DNA from: Bacteroidales bacterium
Lineage (GTDB): Bacteria > Bacteroidota > Bacteroidia > Bacteroidales > VadinHA17
NCBI GenBank assembly: GCA_049792755.1
Contig: JBARBF010000135.1
Span: 25,415 to 89,414, forward strand
Length of the DNA: 64,000 nucleotides
Direction of reading: 5' to 3'
Positions 57,080 to 64,000 of the stretch are shown here, one piece after another. Both the position numbers and the translations under genes were made by a program. The notes under the pieces are model-generated. The model had not been told where the DNA came from. It saw only the letters and a program-made list of their open reading frames with translations, and did not search any database. Each line of letters starts with the position of its first letter. Position 1 is the first letter of the stretch.

Positions 57080-58417
57080 TTAGATCACTCCCATATCCAG
57101 CATTGAATTTGCAACCTTCAGGAATCCAGCAATATTGGCACCTTTTACATAATCTATATAACCATCCTCTCTCTTGCCATGGCTTACGCACTGTCCATGA
57201 ATATTGCACATGATTTCATGAAGACGGCTATCAACCTCCTGCCTGTTCCAGCGGAGTTTCATTGAGTTTTGAGTCATTTCCAGACCTGACGTAGCTACAC
57301 CGCCGGCATTAGATGCTTTTCCGGGGGCAAATAGCAGGCCATTCTTCTGAATAATCTCAACTGCTTCGGGTGTACTTGGCATATTTGCTCCTTCACAGAT
57401 ACAAATACAACCATTATTAATAAGTTTTTGAGCATCTTCTCCGGTCAACTCATTCTGTGTTGCACATGGGAGAGCAATATCTACTTTAACCTCCCACGGA
57501 TGCTTCCCTTCATGAAATTCAACACCTTCAAATGCATAAGAATAAGGCTTAACGACATCTTCATTAGAAGCACGTAGCTCAAGCATATATTCTATTTTTT
57601 TTCCTGAAATTCCTTCGGAGTCATATACATAACCATCAGGACCTGAGATAGTAACAACTTTGCCGCCTAATTCTGTTGCCTTAAGTGCAGCACCCCATGC
57701 GACATTTCCAAAACCACTGATTGCCACTCTTTTCCCTTTGAATGATTCCCCTTTTGTGGCTAACATCTCTTTGGCAAAGTAGACGCAACCAAAACCTGTC
57801 GCTTCGGGACGAACCAGAGAACCTCCCCAGTTACTCCCTTTTCCTGTAAGAACACCTGTATGTTCTCCGGCAAGCCTCTTATACATGCCATACAAAAAAC
57901 CGATTTCACGGCCACCCACACCAATATCTCCGGCAGGGACATCGGTTTCCGGACCGATATATTTCCAAAGTTCAAGCATAAATGACTGGCAGAAACGCAT
58001 AACCTCAGCATTAGATTTTCCTTTGGGATCAAAATCAGAACCACCTTTGGCGCCTCCCATCGGAAGGGTTGTAAGTGCATTCTTAAATATCTGCTCAAAT
58101 CCCAGGAACTTCAGAATTGAAAGATTCACACTCGGGTGAAAACGCAGGCCTCCCTTGTAAGGACCTATTGCGTTATTGAACTGTATACGGTAACCAAGAT
58201 TTACTTTCACATTTCCTTCATCATCAACCCAAGGAACTTTAAAAGTAATAGCCCGGTCAGGCTCAATAATACGCTCAATAATGTTAGCAGATTCAAACTG
58301 CGGGTTTTCATTATAAACCTCTTCGATTGACTCCAGTACCTCTTTTACTGCCTGTAAATACTCAACCTCTCCCGGATGCTTTTTTTCGAGGTTGTTCATG
58401 ATTTTATCTACATTCAT
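57080..58417 (-). CDS. gdhB: Glutamate dehydrogenase, NAD-type fingerprint (second paralog)
   Basis: [26 protein letters not shown]. Dinucleotide fold ISGFGNVAWGAA...VTISGPDGY resembles the pattern I recall from the Clostridium symbiosum NAD-GDH. The symbol follows Bacteroides usage and is tentative. Confidence 0.85.
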   Translation of the reverse strand: MNVDKIMNNLEKKHPGEVEYLQAVKEVLESIEEVYNENPQFESANIIERIIEPDRAITFKVPWVDDEGNVKVNLGYRIQFNNAIGPYKGGLRFHPSVNLSILKFLGFEQIFKNALTTLPMGGAKGGSDFDPKGKSNAEVMRFCQSFMLELWKYIGPETDVPAGDIGVGGREIGFLYGMYKRLAGEHTGVLTGKGSNWGGSLVRPEATGFGCVYFAKEMLATKGESFKGKRVAISGFGNVAWGAALKATELGGKVVTISGPDGYVYDSEGISGKKIEYMLELRASNEDVVKPYSYAFEGVEFHEGKHPWEVKVDIALPCATQNELTGEDAQKLINNGCICICEGANMPSTPEAVEIIQKNGLLFAPGKASNAGGVATSGLEMTQNSMKLRWNRQEVDSRLHEIMCNIHGQCVSHGKREDGYIDYVKGANIAGFLKVANSMLDMGVI

Positions 58418-58522
58418 TATTTTAAATTTTAGTTATGATATTGCTTATAAATAATTGAAGCAAATTTGAGATTGTTTAAAGTCATTAAAAATGATAAATC
58501 TCATGTTATCAGATGATAACCT

Positions 58523-59005
58523 TCACACAGCAGGTGTTAACCCATTTAGCGATTTTATGACTTTTTCCTTCTCTGTCCGTGTCAGGGCACTTATGTAAAC
58601 CGGCGGATAATTCGCAATTCCTCCCTGAACTTTCTGAAAAAGGGTTATACTCTGGATGAATCCAAAAAACCTGGTTTCAATCTTATATCCTGAAAATGTA
58701 GTTTTATTAATCTCAACAGAATTTTTCCTGCCTCCCGCTATGCCTGCTGTAAAATATCTGAATATTAAATAATCTCCTTCGTCAGAATAACTGATGAACT
58801 GATAATTGAGAACAATGGGAATGAGAGCAAGAATGACCCAGACTCCAATAAGGATCACGGTCCAGAAGCTCTCGTTAAAACCAAGAAACGGAAATTTTAT
58901 CAACTTTGCCACATATGCAATGGCAAGGTAACCCAGTAACAAAACGGTGGCTCCGAAGAGTTTTATTCTGAGACTTATAATAGTCTTGCTGTTATCGAAA
59001 GTCAT
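58523..59005 (-). CDS. Hypothetical membrane protein
   Basis: Two hydrophobic helices followed by a small soluble domain. No motif recognised. Confidence 0.5.
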   Translation of the reverse strand: MTFDNSKTIISLRIKLFGATVLLLGYLAIAYVAKLIKFPFLGFNESFWTVILIGVWVILALIPIVLNYQFISYSDEGDYLIFRYFTAGIAGGRKNSVEINKTTFSGYKIETRFFGFIQSITLFQKVQGGIANYPPVYISALTRTEKEKVIKSLNGLTPAV

Positions 59006-59077
59006 GGTAAATTTTTAAATATAATTAGTGTTTTTTTTTGGACTTCGAGGTGTCATGCCATGGCGTGGCCAAGACAA

Positions 59078-59518
59078 TTATCTTTTTGTTTTAAAAAACC
59101 TTATAAGCAGTTCCCTGCATTCTCTTTCCAGCACCCCTGATTCTGCAATCGTTTTAGGATGTAATAATAAATCTGAGATGGTTCTGTATCCTTTTTTTTC
59201 ATCTGAAGCTCCAAAGACCAGTACCTTGGCCTGGCTCCAGCCTATGGCTCCGGCACACATCGCACAAGGCTCCAGGGTCACATAAATAGTACAATCTTCA
59301 AGATATTTTCCTCCGAGCCAGTTAGAGGCAGAAGTTATAGCCTGCATCTCGGCATGAGCTGTCGGATCTCTCAGTGTTTCAGTAAGATTATGTGCTCTGG
59401 CAATAATTATATTGTTGCATACAACTACAGCACCAACCGGTACTTCCTGTTTGTCAAATGCTTTATTTGCTTCAGTAAGAGCTGCTCTCATGAACTGCTC
59501 TTTATCACTCTGAGTCAT
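59078..59518 (-). CDS. tadA: tRNA-specific adenosine deaminase
   Basis: CDA-fold zinc motifs HAEMQAI and PCAMCAGAI. 146 aa. Confidence 0.92.
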   Translation of the reverse strand: MTQSDKEQFMRAALTEANKAFDKQEVPVGAVVVCNNIIIARAHNLTETLRDPTAHAEMQAITSASNWLGGKYLEDCTIYVTLEPCAMCAGAIGWSQAKVLVFGASDEKKGYRTISDLLLHPKTIAESGVLERECRELLIRFFKTKR

Positions 59519-59578
59519 GAATCAGGTTTTTGACCTCTAAAAATAGAAAGAAAATCGAAATATGTAATCTTTTTGTCA

Positions 59579-61552
59579 TTAGTAGAGATCTCTTACAGGT
59601 CCGTCAGATGTCGGAAGTGTAAATTTAAACTCACTGGCTTTTCCGTCATTCTTACTCTCCACCCATATTTTCCCGCTATGCTTTTCTACAAATTCTTTGC
59701 ATAGCAATAATCCTAAGATTGTTCCTTTTTCTTCTGCTTTGCCCAGTGTTGTGTGAATTTCTGAAATATTGAACAAGTTCGCTAAATAAGCCGGGGTTAA
59801 TTCCAATCCGCTGTTTAAAATTGAAACTGTTGTATTTGATTGTGTCTGCTGAGCAGAAATATTGATCTGACCGTCATGACTGGTAAATTCTATTGCATTC
59901 GACACAAGATTCCTCATTATGGTCTTCAACATATAAATGTCGGCATATACTGTCAGCTCATCTTCTGCAAAATGATTGATTTTAATATTTTTTGCATCAG
60001 CATGGGGTTTAAGAATTGAAACTGCATCCTGACTGATTTTTTTCAGGTTGATTCTCTGCGGTTCATAAGCTATTTTTCCCTGGTTAATTCTTGTCCATTG
60101 GAGCATATTATCAAGAAGGCTGTAAAGGTTAGTGGCTGATTTGCTCATCATGACAGCCATCTTCTGGATCTCTTTAAGTGGCAATGTATCCAGCTCCTCA
60201 GCCATCAGTTTTGCAAAATTGTTGAATAAGCTGAATGGAGTGTACAGGTATTGGGCAATAACAGAGTAAAATTTGTCTTTTTCAGAGCTTATCCTTAGTA
60301 ATTCTTTTTCATATCGCTTAACCTCTGTAACATCTCTGATAACCGAACAAAACAAATGATACCCGTTCAATGCAATAGGAAACACCGTGCTTTGAATATT
60401 TCTTTTCTTTTCAGAATCAACTGGCAAAATTTCACTATCTATAATCTGATTAAATATCTCGGGTGTTGTTTGTGTTACAATTCCTTTAATTAAATTATCA
60501 ATTCTTGCCTTGTCTTTGGTTGAAGGTGGATTGAGTTCATATAGAACATCCTCAACATTTCTGTTTAAGGTCTCTTCAGCTTTCAATCCGGAAAGCAGTT
60601 CAGCTCCTTTGTTCCAAATAATTATTTTCCCCTGCTCATCAAAAACAATAATTACATCGTTGATCTGGTTAATTATTTCTCTCAATTTTGTTTCACTGTC
60701 TCTTAGCTCTTGTTCCGCATGCTTTCGCTCGGAGATATTCCTGGCCAGAATTGTACAACCAATAATCTTATGCTTTTCATTACCAATAGGATTTAAGAAA
60801 ACTTCATAAAAGGCAATATTAGAATCTCCAAAAGTTTGTATAACTGAATTGGATTCACCTTTAAAAGCATTATCAATGTTTACCTTTAACAGCTTTCTGT
60901 CATCATCTGAAGAAATATATTCCAGAAAATTCATCCCGATTTTAATATCTGCATTATATGCAAACTTCATTGAATCAATATGAGCTTTATTGAAATACAA
61001 ATAATGATAATTCCTGTCGATTGAAAAGATTATTGTGTCTTTCTGACTTTCAATACTGGAGGTCAAAAGTAACTGCGATTCTTTAAGCTCTTCCTCTTTC
61101 TTTTTACGATCGGTGATGTCAATAACATTTGCCAGGAAATATGGATTATTTTTTTTCTGTATAAATGGCGAAATAGTTACGTTGACGTTGATCAATTTTC
61201 CATTTTTATGGCGAAAGGTAAGGTCAAATCCTTCTTTAGGCGCACTATTGTTAATCGTTTGACGCAAAGCATTATTTATGTTTTCCAGGTCTTGTTGATC
61301 CCAGTATACATACGGAGGATACTTTCCTAAAAGTTCATCTTCATCCCATCCTAACATTTTACAAAATGACGCATTAACATAAACCTGTTTTCCTTTATCA
61401 TCAACCACTGCTATGCCACTCGACATTGAATTTTCAATTGCTGTTCTGAATGACATTTCTTTTTGTAAATTGGCTACATTTGAACGGGATGTCAGGTTAC
61501 TTATAGTGAGTTCCAGATCTTTTATTCTTTGTTCATATTGATTCTCATCCAT
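59579..61552 (-). CDS. Multi-PAS histidine-kinase-like protein with degenerate phosphoacceptor and ATP-binding motifs
   Basis: Three PAS-like repeats. The HisKA-equivalent block KDKFYSVIAQYLYTPF has Gln where the paralogous kinase at 4183-5802 has His (KDKFFNIIAHDLKNPF). G1 is ILNSGLEL versus VKDSGIGI. G2 is GTILGL versus GTGLGL. Confidence 0.8.
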   Translation of the reverse strand: MDENQYEQRIKDLELTISNLTSRSNVANLQKEMSFRTAIENSMSSGIAVVDDKGKQVYVNASFCKMLGWDEDELLGKYPPYVYWDQQDLENINNALRQTINNSAPKEGFDLTFRHKNGKLINVNVTISPFIQKKNNPYFLANVIDITDRKKKEEELKESQLLLTSSIESQKDTIIFSIDRNYHYLYFNKAHIDSMKFAYNADIKIGMNFLEYISSDDDRKLLKVNIDNAFKGESNSVIQTFGDSNIAFYEVFLNPIGNEKHKIIGCTILARNISERKHAEQELRDSETKLREIINQINDVIIVFDEQGKIIIWNKGAELLSGLKAEETLNRNVEDVLYELNPPSTKDKARIDNLIKGIVTQTTPEIFNQIIDSEILPVDSEKKRNIQSTVFPIALNGYHLFCSVIRDVTEVKRYEKELLRISSEKDKFYSVIAQYLYTPFSLFNNFAKLMAEELDTLPLKEIQKMAVMMSKSATNLYSLLDNMLQWTRINQGKIAYEPQRINLKKISQDAVSILKPHADAKNIKINHFAEDELTVYADIYMLKTIMRNLVSNAIEFTSHDGQINISAQQTQSNTTVSILNSGLELTPAYLANLFNISEIHTTLGKAEEKGTILGLLLCKEFVEKHSGKIWVESKNDGKASEFKFTLPTSDGPVRDLY

Positions 61553-61916
61553 AATATTCTGTTTTAATCTTCACAGGAAAAACATCAACTACTCCATTGT
61601 AAGAATACGCTTTACTTACCCCACTTAATCAAGATAACCTGAATTTGTGCAGTTTGAAATTCTCAAAAAAAAAAGAACAGGAAACAGTGAAAACAGATAA
61701 TCTGAGAAAAACCGACCGATAATAATTAATATGTGTTCTTCTCATTATGTTTTGTTTTACCAACACAAAAAATTTAGTTTTGTTCATTCATATAGTGAGG
61801 TATTCATAATAAGTAAGTTTAATATCCAGAAATGCCTTATTGCAAAATTGCTTCTGGAACCAAACCCGCTGGTTAAACATAAATTATTATTTTTGCTGAA
61901 ACTTAAAAATAAATAA

Positions 61917-63674
61917 ATGTACAGGACAAACACTTGCGGTGAGTTAAACATAAATAATTCAGGTCAGGAGATAACTTTATGCGGATGGATTCAGAAATCA
62001 AGGGACCTTGGCGGAATGACCTTTATCGATCTTCGCGACAGATATGGGATAACCCAGCTTGTTTTTAATATGGAGACCAATAAGGAGATATGTGAAAAAG
62101 CACGTAAGTTGGGACGTGAATTTGTTGTACAGGCCAAAGGTAAGGTAAGAGAGAGGAGTAACAAGAACCTTAAGATGGTTACAGGTGAAATAGAGATTGA
62201 GGTCAATGAGCTCAACATACTGAACAGGAGCGAGATCCCTCCTTTCACTATTGAAGAAGAAACCGATGGAGGAGAAGAGTTGAGAATGAAGTATCGTTAC
62301 CTCGACCTAAGGCGGTCTACAGTTAAAAATAATATTCTGCTTCGCCACAGGGTGGCACAGGAAGTCCGTAAATATTTGGATTCGAAGGATTTTGTTGAGG
62401 TTGAAACACCTGTCCTTATTAAATCCACACCGGAAGGAGCCCGCGATTTTGTTGTACCTTCAAGAATGCAACCCGGTACCTTTTATGCATTACCTCAATC
62501 ACCCCAGACTTTAAAACAGCTGCTGATGGTAGCAGGTTTTGACAGATATTATCAGATAGTTAAGTGTTTCAGAGACGAGGATCTGAGGGCTGACAGACAA
62601 CCTGAGTTTTCACAGATTGACTGTGAGATGTCTTTTGTTGAAAGAAACGATATTCTGGATACGTTTGAAGGTCTCGCAAAGTATCTTTTTAAACAGATCA
62701 GAGGAGTAGAATTCAGCGAACCATTTATGAGACTGCCGTATAAGGATGCGATGAATTTCTATGGGTCAGATAAACCTGACCTGCGTTTTGAAATGAGATT
62801 GAAAGATTTGTCAGGCATTGTCAAAGGTCATAATTTTGCTGTATTTGACACTTCAGAATACATTGGAGGTCTATGTGCTGAGAAATGTTCGGAATATACC
62901 AGAAAACAGATTGACGAACTGACTGAGTTTGTAAAAAGGCCACAGATAGGCGCTAAGGGGTTTATATATTTAAGGTATAATTCAGATGGAAGCTTTAAGA
63001 CGTCGGCAGACAAGTTTTATTCACCTGAGGATTTTAAGAATTGGACTGATATAATGAATGCTAAACCGGGAGACCTTATTCTTATACTTGCGGGAGAGAA
63101 AAAGAAGACACTGAACGCACTTTCTGAACTCAGGCTTGAAATGGGGAACAGACTGGGATTAAGAAGTAAAGACAGGTTTATTCCGTTATGGGTAGTCGAC
63201 TTTCCTCTTCTTGAATGGGATGAAGAGTCAAAGAGGTTTTATGCAATGCATCACCCTTTTACTTCTCCCGTACCTGAAGACCTTCCTTTTATGGAATCAG
63301 ATCCGGGGAAAGTAAGAGCCAATGCATATGATCTTGTAATCAACGGTGTTGAAATCGGAGGCGGGTCAATAAGGATTCATGATGCTGCTGTTCAGAAATT
63401 GATGTTCAAAGTCCTCGGATTCAGCGATGAAGAGGCGAATGAGCAATTTGGCTTCCTGCTGAATGCTTTCAAATTCGGTGCTCCGCCTCATGGTGGCATT
63501 GCCTTTGGCTTTGACAGGTGGGTAGCTATGTTCGGAGGTCAGGATACAATCCGCGATTTCATAGCATTCCCAAAAAATAATTCAGGACGTGATGTTATGC
63601 TTGATACTCCGTCACAGATATCCAATAAACAACTAGATGAATTGCATTTAATTATTGGAGTAAAAAATAAATAA
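61917..63674 (+). CDS. aspS: Aspartate--tRNA ligase
   Basis: OB-fold N-terminal domain FIDLRDRYG. Class II motifs [28 protein letters not shown]. Confidence 0.95.
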   Translation: MYRTNTCGELNINNSGQEITLCGWIQKSRDLGGMTFIDLRDRYGITQLVFNMETNKEICEKARKLGREFVVQAKGKVRERSNKNLKMVTGEIEIEVNELNILNRSEIPPFTIEEETDGGEELRMKYRYLDLRRSTVKNNILLRHRVAQEVRKYLDSKDFVEVETPVLIKSTPEGARDFVVPSRMQPGTFYALPQSPQTLKQLLMVAGFDRYYQIVKCFRDEDLRADRQPEFSQIDCEMSFVERNDILDTFEGLAKYLFKQIRGVEFSEPFMRLPYKDAMNFYGSDKPDLRFEMRLKDLSGIVKGHNFAVFDTSEYIGGLCAEKCSEYTRKQIDELTEFVKRPQIGAKGFIYLRYNSDGSFKTSADKFYSPEDFKNWTDIMNAKPGDLILILAGEKKKTLNALSELRLEMGNRLGLRSKDRFIPLWVVDFPLLEWDEESKRFYAMHHPFTSPVPEDLPFMESDPGKVRANAYDLVINGVEIGGGSIRIHDAAVQKLMFKVLGFSDEEANEQFGFLLNAFKFGAPPHGGIAFGFDRWVAMFGGQDTIRDFIAFPKNNSGRDVMLDTPSQISNKQLDELHLIIGVKNK

Positions 63675-63681
63675 AGATTTC

Positions 63682-64000
63682 TTACTGATTCTGAGTCTTG
63701 GTTTTAATAAGGACAACACCACCGTAGGCTCTGGTCCCGTAAATTGCAGCAGCTGATCCCTTGAGCACCTCAATTGATTTGACTGACGTAGGAGGTATAT
63801 TAGGAATGGCATCCATAGAAACCCCATCTACTACAATCAGGGCCGGAACACTGCCAAATAGATCCTGAGAATTCTGAATTACTACGGTTGAACCAATAAC
63901 TTTTACGCCGGAAACTTCCCTTTGAATCATTTCACCTATTGTAGCATATGAGGCATATTTTTTATTTGTTCCATCAATTTTGTTGACGTCAGTAGTCACA
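63682..64000 (-). CDS. 3' end of a gene running off the right edge; C-terminus resembles a TonB-dependent-receptor plug segment
   Basis: The frame is open to the window edge (the track's M is a GTG at 63999). ALIVVDGVSMD...SVKSIEVLKGSAAAIYGTRAYGGVVLIKTK matches the plug-domain pattern, but the protein stops right after it. Confidence 0.5.
   Translation of the reverse strand, partial: VTTDVNKIDGTNKKYASYATIGEMIQREVSGVKVIGSTVVIQNSQDLFGSVPALIVVDGVSMDAIPNIPPTSVKSIEVLKGSAAAIYGTRAYGGVVLIKTKTQNQ

Overview
This is an AT-rich chromosomal segment with Bacteroidota hallmarks: SpII lipoboxes, TolC-adaptor-pump operons, a split MacB-type ABC exporter, several GH2 enzymes and a sigma54 enhancer-binding regulator. 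I support about 45 protein genes, one tRNA-Ser(GGA), a few hairpin terminators and several repeat or regulatory elements. I saw no rRNA, CRISPR array, transposase, integrase or phage gene. Ordinary content: GH2-like glycosidases (430-3288, 25641-28145, 47034-49619) plus a GH35/42-like enzyme (28194-29831); an OmpR-type two-component pair next to sodB; a TolC-MFP-RND-RND operon (18711 to 9598, minus strand); a TolC-MacA-MacB(ATPase)-MacB(permease) operon (24451 to 19710, minus strand); gdhA-tatD-ansA; dprA; a second gdh; tadA; aspS. The most interesting region is 31.2-45 kb. It holds a tightly packed five-gene minus-strand operon (41860 to 35437) encoding a DAG-kinase-fold lipid kinase, a fusion of an ICMT/PEMT-like membrane methyltransferase with a BtaA-like (DUF3419-type) SAM:diacylglycerol aminocarboxypropyl transferase, a GNAT-like protein, a fold-III PLP decarboxylase and a class II aldolase-like protein. 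Upstream of it lies a good sigma54 -24/-12 match and a palindromic upstream block, and it is divergent from an NtrC-type regulator and histidine kinase. The same 124-nt promoter-plus-UAS module recurs upstream of an orphan beta-barrel gene. A separate 63-nt element of about 87% identity follows the last gene of each unit. I read this as a candidate undescribed, sigma54-controlled membrane-lipid head-group or remodelling system. All calls come from reading the sequence and from recalled family motifs; no searches were run.
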